Assembly (NCBI GenBank): GCA_041656935.1
Contig: JBBACQ010000002.1
Span: 27,603-91,602, forward strand
Direction: 5' to 3'
Length of the DNA: 64,000 nucleotides
Source: Patescibacteria group bacterium
Lineage (GTDB): Bacteria; Patescibacteriota; Patescibacteriia; Patescibacteriales; UBA12465
In this document: positions 9,142 to 17,175 of the stretch, piece by piece
How positions within the stretch are numbered: position 1 is the first letter of the stretch
Layout of the letters: the number at the start of each line of letters is the position of its first letter
Program-made: the position numbers and the translations under genes
The notes under the pieces: model-generated
What the model saw: only the letters and a program-made list of their open reading frames with translations
What the model was told of the DNA's origin: nothing
Databases searched by the model: none

Positions 9142-9238
9142 AATCTCTCCACATTACCCCCCAACCAACCATACCAACCTTACAACAATTCTACCACACC
9201 CCCACAAAAATCTCAACCCCAAAAACCCCTCCCCAATT
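9139..9238. other. 100-nt G-free C/A-rich tract (G-run-rich on the minus strand)
   Basis: No G on the + strand between G9138 and G9239. The minus strand carries GGGG, GGGG, GGGG, GGGGG and GGGGGG runs. Confidence 0.9.
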
Positions 9239-9291
9239 GCCATTTTCAGAAAAATAATATAAACTCTCAACATAAACCTTAACCTAATTTT

Positions 9292-10353
9292 ATGTCATTA
9301 TCAATCGGAATAGTTGGTCTGCCCAACGTCGGAAAATCAACCCTTTTCAATATTCTTACCAAAAAAAAAGTAGATGCCTCTAACTATCCTTTTTGTACCA
9401 TCGACCCTAATGTTGGTGTCGTTAAAGTCCCTGACCAACGCCTAGAAAAAATTGCCGAAATCTCTCAACCCGCTAAAATAATACCCACTTTCATAGAATT
9501 TACCGACATTGCCGGACTAGTAAAAGGAGCTCATGAGGGCGAAGGCTTAGGCAATCAATTCTTAGCCCATATCCGGGAATGTGATGCCATTTGCGAAGTA
9601 ATTCGCGATTTCAAAGACCCCAATGTTATCCATGTTGACGGCGAAATCAACCCAACGAGTGACCAAGAAACCATTAACATGGAATTAATTTTTGCTGATT
9701 TAAAAACAATTGAAAAACGACTAGAGAAAATAAATAAAGAGATAAAAAGTAATGCTAAAGAAGCTATTAAACAAAAAGAGATTTTAGAGAAAATACAAAA
9801 AACATTAGAAAATGGAAAGGCCGTTAGATCATTAGAAGTAAAAGAAGATGACGAATCTTTTGTAAAAAGTTTAAATCTCCTAACTACCAAACCAATAATC
9901 TATGCCTTAAATTCTGACGAAACTGACGGTCCCACCAATTTCAATTGGGATGGAGAAACAATTAGAATAAATATTAAAATGGAAGAAGAAATTGCCTCTC
10001 TTCCCGAAGAAGAACAAGCCGAATATATGAAAGAATTAGGAATAAACAAAAATGGTTTAGAAAAACTAATCGCCTCTTCCTATAAACTACTAGGGTTAGA
10101 AACATTTTTCACTACTGGAAAAGACGAAACCCGAGCTTGGACCATAAAAAAAGGAACTAAGGCCCCGCAAGCCGCCGGAGAAATACATACTGATTTCGAA
10201 AAAGGATTCATTAGAGCCGAAGTTATCCATTGGGAAAAATTTATTCAAGTTGGATCAGAAACCAAGGCTAAAGAGTTAGGCCTAATCAGAACCGAAGGAA
10301 AAGACTATGTCGTTTCTGACGGCGATATTTGTAATTTTTTAATAAATAAATAA
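9292..10353 (+). CDS. ychF: redox-regulated ATPase YchF (Obg-like)
   Basis: 353 aa with P-loop GIVGLPNVGKSTLFN and a C-terminal TGS-like end. Confidence 0.9.
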   Translation: MSLSIGIVGLPNVGKSTLFNILTKKKVDASNYPFCTIDPNVGVVKVPDQRLEKIAEISQPAKIIPTFIEFTDIAGLVKGAHEGEGLGNQFLAHIRECDAICEVIRDFKDPNVIHVDGEINPTSDQETINMELIFADLKTIEKRLEKINKEIKSNAKEAIKQKEILEKIQKTLENGKAVRSLEVKEDDESFVKSLNLLTTKPIIYALNSDETDGPTNFNWDGETIRINIKMEEEIASLPEEEQAEYMKELGINKNGLEKLIASSYKLLGLETFFTTGKDETRAWTIKKGTKAPQAAGEIHTDFEKGFIRAEVIHWEKFIQVGSETKAKELGLIRTEGKDYVVSDGDICNFLINK

Positions 10354-10360
10354 ACCTCTC

Positions 10361-10393
10361 AAAAGTTCAAAAAAAGGCCGCCCTGAGGGCGGC
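10361..10393. terminator. bidirectional terminator
   Basis: AAAAAA-GGCCGCCC-TGAG-GGCGGCC-TTTTATTT between convergent genes. Confidence 0.7.
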
Positions 10394-10415
10394 CTTTTAT
10401 TTAGAGTAATAGATA

Positions 10416-10931
10416 TTAAACTAATTCTTTTTCTCTTTTCATCCTGGCTATAACTTCTTCCTGTCTCTTAATATCAATTAAATTTTGAGCAATCATCTTT
10501 TTTGTGGTTTCATAATGATCATCACCTGATAAAACTTGATCAAATAACTTATGAAGTTTTTCAGTGTTTTCATCAGACCACCCCTCAAAGTTTTTACTAG
10601 TAGCAAATCCTCTAAGGTAGTTCTTTATAAAATCAGCTTCTTCTCGATGACCATATTTATTCCATAAATTTATCATTTTTTCTAAGCCATTATAAAGACC
10701 TTCAAAAGTATTTCGGCCATTATAAGCTTCTTCGGCTAAAGAGTCCATCTGTCCCTTTAATTCCGTTAAACTTATTCCTTCTTCAGCCTCAAAAGCCTTG
10801 TTTTTTAATTCGGCTTCCTGCTCTTCTCTAGAAGTGTCTTTAACAACTTCTTTTTCTGAAATCTCTTCGTTTTTTTTCTCATCACTTTTCCCAGCTAAGT
10901 CAGCTGGAGATTTTTTAAAAAGGTTAAACAT
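10416..10931 (-). CDS. hypothetical acidic protein
   Basis: 171-aa ORF with ATG start; no recognisable motif. Confidence 0.5.
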   Translation of the reverse strand: MFNLFKKSPADLAGKSDEKKNEEISEKEVVKDTSREEQEAELKNKAFEAEEGISLTELKGQMDSLAEEAYNGRNTFEGLYNGLEKMINLWNKYGHREEADFIKNYLRGFATSKNFEGWSDENTEKLHKLFDQVLSGDDHYETTKKMIAQNLIDIKRQEEVIARMKREKELV

Positions 10932-10974
10932 AAGTTTTTAGTTTTAATTTTAATTTATAATTTTTCTATTTAAA

Positions 10975-11265
10975 TTAACGATAATCTTGCTTTCCATTTT
11001 GTATCCCCATAGCTCGTCTTAGAGCTTCTTCGGGAGTTATTTGTTTTTTTCTTAAACTTTCAAGGACTTGTCTTATTTCAAAAGGTTCACTATCATTAGA
11101 CCCAATTTGTTGAACTTCTTGTAGAATAAATCTTATTTTCATTTCGGCTTCTCCTTCGCTTAGGGGTGCTTTATTTAGGTTGCCTTCTGAACTATTATTA
11201 TTCGTTCCAGCTTCAATCCCGTCTGCCGAATTGTTATTTAGTTTACTTTCAAAATAATTATTCAT
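10975..11265 (-). CDS. hypothetical protein
   Basis: 96-aa ORF, co-oriented with the previous gene. Confidence 0.45.
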   Translation of the reverse strand: MNNYFESKLNNNSADGIEAGTNNNSSEGNLNKAPLSEGEAEMKIRFILQEVQQIGSNDSEPFEIRQVLESLRKKQITPEEALRRAMGIQNGKQDYR

Positions 11266-11552
11266 ATTTTTAAATTAATTTTAGATATTACCGTTTAAAC
11301 TAACATCTATATTATATCATATTTACAAAAAAAAGTCAATAGCTACCATTTACCCCTAATAATAAAGGGTTTTTATTAATAATTAATTACGCTAAAAAGG
11401 TATTTTAGCCTAAATAATCTAAAAAATAGAAAAATAAAACTTTAGTCTATTTTATTAAGTTTTATGTCTATTATTATAGCAAAAAAAAGTAATTAACAAA
11501 ATAGATTACAAAAAAAATAGAGAATTACCTCTATTTTCTTCTTATTATATTG

Positions 11553-11624
11553 TGACCCCTGGGGGAATCGAACCCCCGTTGTCAGGATGAAAACCTGGTG
11601 TCCTAACCACTAGACGAAGGGGCC
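11553..11624 (-). tRNA. tRNA-Glu (anticodon TTC)
   Basis: Cloverleaf read by eye: acceptor GGCCCCT/AGGGGTC, anticodon loop TTTTCAT, T-arm GGGGG-TTCGATT-CCCCC. No encoded CCA. Confidence 0.85.
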
Positions 11625-11628
11625 TTTA

Positions 11629-11664
11629 TTCAATGTTCAATTATCAATTATCAATTTTCAATTA
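11629..11664. repeat. tandem heptamer array (TCAATKW x5)
   Basis: TTCAATGTTCAATTATCAATTATCAATTTTCAATTA lies directly 5' of tRNA-Glu. An inverted relative is at 16981-17017. Confidence 0.8.
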
Positions 11665-11839
11665 TTTTTAATCAAAAGTTAATTATTGCTAAAATTACCC
11701 TAACTCTGAACAAGACCTTTTAAACTAAAACACTTTTAGCCCTTCACTAAAAGTGTTTTTATTTTATATTTATTTTGGTTAATTGTCAATACAATTAATA
11801 CCTTGCTCAAAAACAAAACTTCAGCTAAACTATAAACAT

Positions 11840-12886
11840 ATGTATATATTAGGACTAGAGAGCAGTTGCGACGAAAGCGCTGCTTCTATTATTAAATTCA
11901 ATCCCCAGGGAGAATTCCAAGTTTTATCAGAAGTAATATCTTCTCAAATAACCATCCATAAAAAATATGGTGGTGTGGTTCCAGAAATCGCAGCCCGTGA
12001 ACATGTCTTAAAAATAATCCCAACCATCGATAAATGTTTAGAAAAAGCTAAAATAAAACCACAAGATATTTCAGCCATCGCCTTAACTTCGGGACCGGGA
12101 CTAATAACCTCTCTTCTTTCTGCCAGCGAAACCGCTAAGGCCTTAGCTTTAATTTGGCAAAAACCAATAATTCCAATAAATCATATTGAGGGCCATATCT
12201 ATTCCGCTTTCATTGAAAACCAGAAAAAAATAAAACTTCCAACCTTAATCTTAACAGTTTCCGGTGGACATAATATTTTAGCCTTAATGGAGAAAAAATT
12301 AAAATACAAAATAATTGGCCAAACCTTAGATGACGCTGCCGGTGAAGCCTTTGATAAAGGAAGCAAAATGATGGGCTTAGGCTATCCTGGGGGACCAATT
12401 ATCTCTAAACTAGCTCAAAAATATATCTCTACAACCAAAAATATCGTTGAAATAGATCTGCCTCGGCCCATGATTTATTCCTCTAATTTAAATTTTTCTT
12501 TCTCCGGTTTAAAAACCGCTTTGCTCTATAAACTAAAAAATGATAAGAACTGGAAAAATAAAATCCCTCAATACTGCTATTCTTTTCAAAAAGCGATTAT
12601 TGATACTTTAGTATATAAAACTATTAAAGCCGTTAAAAAATATCCTATTAAAACAATTATGTTGGTCGGCGGAGTTTCAGCTAACACCGAATTAAAAAAA
12701 GAACTCTCCCAAAAAATAAAACACGATCTAAAAAACATTAATTTTGTTTATCCCTCTCTCAAACACACTGGAGATAATGCCACCATGATTGCTTTAGCCG
12801 GAATTCACCATTTTTTATATAATAAAAAAAACGTTAAAAATTATCGAAAAATAAAAATAAATTCTAACTTAAGTTTAGGCGGTTAA
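11840..12886 (+). CDS. tsaD: tRNA N6-adenosine threonylcarbamoyltransferase
   Basis: GLESSCDESAA N-terminus and HIEGH metal motif. ATG at 11840 chosen because the track start at 11783 is a TTG. Confidence 0.9.
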   Translation: MYILGLESSCDESAASIIKFNPQGEFQVLSEVISSQITIHKKYGGVVPEIAAREHVLKIIPTIDKCLEKAKIKPQDISAIALTSGPGLITSLLSASETAKALALIWQKPIIPINHIEGHIYSAFIENQKKIKLPTLILTVSGGHNILALMEKKLKYKIIGQTLDDAAGEAFDKGSKMMGLGYPGGPIISKLAQKYISTTKNIVEIDLPRPMIYSSNLNFSFSGLKTALLYKLKNDKNWKNKIPQYCYSFQKAIIDTLVYKTIKAVKKYPIKTIMLVGGVSANTELKKELSQKIKHDLKNINFVYPSLKHTGDNATMIALAGIHHFLYNKKNVKNYRKIKINSNLSLGG

Positions 12887-12927
12887 CAAAAAACCCCATA
12901 AATAAGGGCTTTTAGAGAAAAAATGTC

Positions 12928-12970
12928 TGTGGATAAAACTATTGACATTTTTTTATTTATATGCTACAAT
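12928..12970 (+). promoter_or_regulatory. consensus sigma70-type promoter with adjacent perfect DnaA box
   Basis: TGTGGATAA (12928-12936), TTGACA (12942-12947), 17-nt spacer, TACAAT (12965-12970). Confidence 0.7.
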
Positions 12971-12976
12971 CACAAG

Positions 12977-13117
12977 TTATGTTTTAAAAATTAAAAAACC
13001 GATTAGAACGGGCCAGGCACGACAAGCATGGGATTTTCTTTCAGGGTTTGTAAGGCATTTGCTTTAAAATTCCTAAAAGAAATTTTCTTGCCTATCCCGT
13101 TCAAGTCGGTTTTTTTT
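12977..13117 (+). ncRNA. candidate small structured RNA (rod-like hairpin), function unknown
   Basis: Has its own promoter. 5' AACCGATTAGAACGGG pairs with 3' CCCGTTCAAGTCGGTT followed by T8; further pairs include AGGCA/TGCCT and TTCTTT/AAAGAA. No ORF; lies between tsaD and a convergent gene. Confidence 0.45.
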
Positions 13118-13129
13118 ATTTGCAAAAAA

Positions 13130-14233
13130 CTAGTCTTTTATACAACGGACTGAAAAGCCAATAACATTACTGAATTCAATTCCAGCAACCAAAGCATGTG
13201 TCTGACTAAAATAGCGCCCCCAAGAAGAACCGGAACCACCACTTGAAGATGACCAAAAATAAGAAACAAGAGTAAGATCAACAAGCAATCCACCGGTACT
13301 ACGACCACCAGCTGGCAAAGCTGTAAATCCGGAAGAATTATTAGAAGGTTGATCGTTCCCAACCCGACAACTTGTTCCATACGAAGTCCAACCAGAAGAA
13401 CTGGCTAAGGCTTTTGCTATCCAAGTAGAAGTCCCTCCACACCAATACTGGCTATTAGCACTTAAATAAGTAGTTAAGGTGATCCATTCGGTAACAGTTG
13501 GCACATGCCAACCAGAAGGACAAATTCCTTGGTTCACCGAAGTAGTATATTGCATCATCTCATTCCATTGATATAATCCCCCATAAACATCACAATTACT
13601 TTCCAAATCATTATTACAATACTTTTCTAAAACAGAATTATTAGTTTGATCACTTGCTCCAGCTATTCTGGTACCAACGTTTAAATTTTTAGCTGTCCAA
13701 CATTGAGTTCCAATCTCAACTGTCGGATAAGATTCTCCAGCATAAGAAAAGGAGTCTCCACAGGAAAAAGCAATTTCTTCTTCCTCCTCTTCTTCGCTAG
13801 AAACACCAACTATACCAAATGGACTAGCTTCTTTAACACCAGAACTTAAACTAGCCACCGAACCGCCCAAACAAAAAGTGATAACATAAGAACCATTATC
13901 TTCCCCAGCTTCCGTATAAACATATTGATTATTTTCTTCAGTACAATCACCATCAGGTGGAGTGGGGGCATCAGGATATATTTCCATATAAACCTTAGCT
14001 CCGGAATTAATAGAACTAGTTACTGAGGTTGAAGCTGGATATTCACCATTATCATTAAAAAATAATTCTAGGGCAGTTTGAATTTGTTTAATATCAGCTA
14101 TTCTTTTAGCATCTCGAGTATTTTTTCTAGCATTTTGCAAAGACACTATCGCCAAAGTGGCTAACACACCAATAATAGCGATCACTACCAATAATTCTAC
14201 TAGAGTAAAAGCTTTTTTATTGGTTTTATACAT
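13130..14233 (-). CDS. type IV pilin-like protein fused to a FISUMP (Fibrobacter succinogenes major paralogous) domain
   Basis: Prepilin N-terminus KAFTLVELLVVIAIIGVLA and poly-Glu linker. The C-terminus CWTAKNLN...GGLYQW...CPSGWHVPT...YFWSSS...GFSVRCIKD is typical of FISUMP. Confidence 0.8.
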   Translation of the reverse strand: MYKTNKKAFTLVELLVVIAIIGVLATLAIVSLQNARKNTRDAKRIADIKQIQTALELFFNDNGEYPASTSVTSSINSGAKVYMEIYPDAPTPPDGDCTEENNQYVYTEAGEDNGSYVITFCLGGSVASLSSGVKEASPFGIVGVSSEEEEEEEIAFSCGDSFSYAGESYPTVEIGTQCWTAKNLNVGTRIAGASDQTNNSVLEKYCNNDLESNCDVYGGLYQWNEMMQYTTSVNQGICPSGWHVPTVTEWITLTTYLSANSQYWCGGTSTWIAKALASSSGWTSYGTSCRVGNDQPSNNSSGFTALPAGGRSTGGLLVDLTLVSYFWSSSSGGSGSSWGRYFSQTHALVAGIEFSNVIGFSVRCIKD

Positions 14234-14254
14234 AAGTTTTTGTAATTATTGAAA

Positions 14255-16141
14255 CTAATTCCCCTCACTCTCCCCCGCAACCTCTTCTTCCGTCCCCGCT
14301 TCTTCTTCGGCTTTCGGTTCTACTCCCACCAAACAGACCTCTCGCCAAGGAACATATTTAGAATAAATTCTCTGTTCTATTTTATTTTCATTTTCCAATT
14401 GATAATTATAAATCACCGTATAGTCAAAATAAGCTTCAGCTCCCGAATGAGCTCTCTCAGTACATTTCTTTTCCCCGGGGGCCAAATCAGTTGTTTCAAT
14501 AATTTGTGTTGGTCCTGGCTGAACAATATTATAAATCACTGGATAAGTTGTAGTAGCCATTCTTCCATCGGACTCCCCCCAAAAATCAAAATAAATATCA
14601 TTACTACCTTCAAACCGAGCTTGAATTAAAATATTATTTCCCGTATCATTTTTAAATTTTAAATCTGGTCGGGGACTATAAATAGTAGCATCAGTTCCAG
14701 CGGGTTCATAATAAGAAACCCGGTAAGAATGATTACGCCTTTCAGTTATTGGCAATCCAACAGCTAAAGCCGATCTAAACATAGTAGTAGCAATCTGGCA
14801 AAGACCGCCCCCATACTCCGGAACAGTTTTATTTCCCTTAATAACCAACTCTGGCAAATAACCAGCTTCTTTAGTTGTTTCCCCTAAGGCCTTAACTAAA
14901 GAAAACTCTTCATCTGGTTTTATTATTAAACCGTGAAGTTTACTGGCGCCGACTTTTATATTATGTCGTCGATTAACTGGAGAACCAGCAAAATTAGAAT
15001 GGCCTGTTCCAATTATTTCTTTTATCCCTAAATCATTAATACCATCAACCTTTTCTATTTCTTCCACCTCAACTTCTAGAAAAATATCGGCCATATTTCT
15101 CTTCTCAAAGGCCTCCGTCAAATTAGAAAAACTATTTTCATAATTTAATTTCAGACCATCGGCTCCGGGAACAAAAGAAACTACTCGTCCATCTTTAAAT
15201 TCAAAATTAGGTAAAACTGGGTCAACATTAATCTCTGGTTTAATAAACTCATCTAAAAAAGCACTAAATTTAGAAAAATCCAAACCTAAGGCCCCGCCCT
15301 TCGTTTTTCCATTTACTATATTAGGCGTTAAAATTATCCAAGAAGAAAAATCTGAAACACTAACAGCAAAATTTTTACTATCAGCTTGATAAATTAGATT
15401 AAAGGGAGCTAAATCAGATAGAATCTCAGCTTCGCTATCTAAACCGATAACATCATTCTCCGTTAATAAAGGTTGATCATCAACTAACTTTAAAAAGATA
15501 TCGTTATTTTTTAATAAACTAATATTTTCTTCAAATTCCAACAAAAAATCTTCTCGATCTATTTTATAACCAAAACTTTCCGGTTCAATAAAAAAATCTA
15601 ATTCTTCCGTTTCGCCCTCTTCGGTTTTTTTGTGGAAAGATAATTTAGCCTCCTGCGCTGGATTTTCTAAATCAGAAAAATTGTCCTCTAAAATTAACAA
15701 AAGTTGATTTTTATCAACATTAAATACTAACGGAACTTCCGTTTTAAAAAATAAAGATTTTATTTTCACAAAAAAATCTTTAAGCTCTCCTTCTCGACCA
15801 ACATAATAAATATTTTCCACTGTTTTATCAACATCAAAAACTACTGGCTGAAAGGAAAGGTCGGGATCAAAAGAGGAAACCGAATTATGCCAGGTAATTT
15901 CCCTTTCTGAGAGTTTTATCTTAAACCCTTGAAAGTCAAACTTCTCTATTCTTTGTTTTAATAAATTTTTAGCCTCTTCCTCATCTAACCCAGAAAAATT
16001 AATACCAGCTGAATAAACGTTAAGATAGACACAATTATCAAAAACTTTAGAAAAAATTAGATAGGTTAAAGATAAAAAAAGAATTAAAAATAAAAAAACA
16101 TCTAAACTTATAAAAATAATTTTTTTAAATTTAATCTTCAT
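14255..16141 (-). CDS. VanW-family protein, N-terminally membrane anchored
   Basis: 628 aa with N-terminal TM helix and VanW core GGGLCQIATTMFRSALAVGLPITERRNHSYRVSYYEP. Confidence 0.8.
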   Translation of the reverse strand: MKIKFKKIIFISLDVFLFLILFLSLTYLIFSKVFDNCVYLNVYSAGINFSGLDEEEAKNLLKQRIEKFDFQGFKIKLSEREITWHNSVSSFDPDLSFQPVVFDVDKTVENIYYVGREGELKDFFVKIKSLFFKTEVPLVFNVDKNQLLLILEDNFSDLENPAQEAKLSFHKKTEEGETEELDFFIEPESFGYKIDREDFLLEFEENISLLKNNDIFLKLVDDQPLLTENDVIGLDSEAEILSDLAPFNLIYQADSKNFAVSVSDFSSWIILTPNIVNGKTKGGALGLDFSKFSAFLDEFIKPEINVDPVLPNFEFKDGRVVSFVPGADGLKLNYENSFSNLTEAFEKRNMADIFLEVEVEEIEKVDGINDLGIKEIIGTGHSNFAGSPVNRRHNIKVGASKLHGLIIKPDEEFSLVKALGETTKEAGYLPELVIKGNKTVPEYGGGLCQIATTMFRSALAVGLPITERRNHSYRVSYYEPAGTDATIYSPRPDLKFKNDTGNNILIQARFEGSNDIYFDFWGESDGRMATTTYPVIYNIVQPGPTQIIETTDLAPGEKKCTERAHSGAEAYFDYTVIYNYQLENENKIEQRIYSKYVPWREVCLVGVEPKAEEEAGTEEEVAGESEGN

Positions 16142-16168
16142 AATTTAAACCTTATTATTATCAAAATA

Positions 16169-16378
16169 CTAACCTAATAACTCATTAAGAATATCCTTGG
16201 CAGATTGTTTTCTCTTTTCTAAATCAATACTATTTAAAGAAATTAAAAAATTTAACTTATCACCGATTTTAACATCTTTTGGGAGATTTTTTTGAGGCCA
16301 AACCACATCAAACCCCTGTTCACTTCGTAAAACAGCCTGATCATTTTTAAATTCTACCAAAGACAAACTTATTTCCAT
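16169..16378 (-). CDS. small DUF3006-like protein
   Basis: 69 aa. The pattern ...AVLRSEQGFDVVWPQKNLPKDVKIGDKL... resembles DUF3006. Confidence 0.4.
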   Translation of the reverse strand: MEISLSLVEFKNDQAVLRSEQGFDVVWPQKNLPKDVKIGDKLNFLISLNSIDLEKRKQSAKDILNELLG

Positions 16379-16385
16379 ATTAAAA

Positions 16386-16817
16386 TTAAGATTTAATTTT
16401 AACTTTAACCTGTTGATCTTTATAAATCTTACTCAAAGTAACATTTAGAACGCCATTTTCCAAAAAGGCTTCTATTTTTTTACTATCAACCTCTTCAGGC
16501 AAAATTATGGTGCGCGAAAAAGATCCCCAATAACATTCTTGCAATAAACAATTCTCTTCACTAACATTTTTTTCTATTTCTCTTTTTCCTTTAATAGTCA
16601 AAATGTCTCGATTAAGAGAAATAAATAAATTTTCTGGCTTAACCCCAGCAATGGTTGATTTTATTATTATGTTATCAGGTGTCTGATAAACATCAACCAA
16701 TAATTGTCCTTCGGACAACTCACTTTCCTCCCAATCAAAAGAAGGTCCCGGATCATTATTGAAATTGGAGATTTGATAAGAATTTATTCTGTTGTTGTTT
16801 TTAAATAAATTTAACAT
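16386..16817 (-). CDS. Hsp20/alpha-crystallin family small heat-shock protein
   Basis: 143 aa with alpha-crystallin domain ...GSFSRTIILPEEVDSKKIEAFLENGVLNVTLSK. Confidence 0.85.
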   Translation of the reverse strand: MLNLFKNNNRINSYQISNFNNDPGPSFDWEESELSEGQLLVDVYQTPDNIIIKSTIAGVKPENLFISLNRDILTIKGKREIEKNVSEENCLLQECYWGSFSRTIILPEEVDSKKIEAFLENGVLNVTLSKIYKDQQVKVKIKS

Positions 16818-16821
16818 ATTG

Positions 16822-16894
16822 TGGGCATAGATGGATTTGAACCATCGACCCCCGCCTTATAAGGGCGGTGCTCTAACCACTGAGCCATATGCCC
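16822..16894 (-). tRNA. tRNA-Ile (anticodon TAT)
   Basis: Acceptor GGGCATA/TATGCCC, anticodon stem CCGCC/GGCGG, loop CTTATAA, T-arm GATGG-TTCAAAT-CCATC. Confidence 0.8.
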
Positions 16895-16980
16895 AAACCT
16901 ATAATCAATAATTATCGCGATTTCATAAACCACCTACCTGCAAAACATGACACGGAGCGCACATGGTCTACATGACTAAA

Positions 16981-17017
16981 TAATTGAAATTGATAATTGA
17001 AAATTGAACATTGAATT
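16981..17017. repeat. heptamer array, inverted relative of 11629-11664
   Basis: The reverse complement AATTCAATGTTCAATTTTCAATTATCAATTTCAATTA shares TTCAATGTTCAATT plus TCAATT units. Lies between tRNA-Val and tRNA-Ile. Confidence 0.8.
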
Positions 17018-17021
17018 AACG

Positions 17022-17095
17022 TGGGTATATCCCGACTCGAACGGGAGACCTCTACGATGTCAACGTAGCGCTCTAACCAACTGAGCTATATACCC
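17022..17095 (-). tRNA. tRNA-Val (anticodon GAC)
   Basis: Acceptor GGGTATA/TATACCC, anticodon stem CTACG/CGTAG, loop TTGACAT, T-arm TCCCG-TTCGAGT-CGGGA. Confidence 0.85.
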
Positions 17096-17175
17096 GGTGG
17101 TTTCTTGCTACATCTAAAAAACAAAAGCAAACCAACTGCTCTGGTTATAAATTATCTAATAAAAGATTACCATTA

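Noticed and set aside
12977-13117. SRP (4.5S) RNA identity for the sRNA candidate
   Set aside because: CCAGGCACGACAAGCA resembles the CAGG...AGCA loops, but there is no paired stem capped by a GNRA tetraloop between them, and the motif does not sit at the apex of the hairpin.
13130-13400. DGR variable region in the FISUMP C-terminus
   Set aside because: No near-repeat of this segment and no reverse-transcriptase ORF were seen in the window. The alternate-frame ORF at 13138-13380 is an overlap artefact.
16931-16975. GC-richer spacer between tRNA-Val and tRNA-Ile, sharing CCATGTGC and CACGGAGCG strings with other GC-rich elements
   Set aside because: The matches are only 8-9 nt with no collinear extension or convincing secondary structure, so chance resemblance cannot be excluded.
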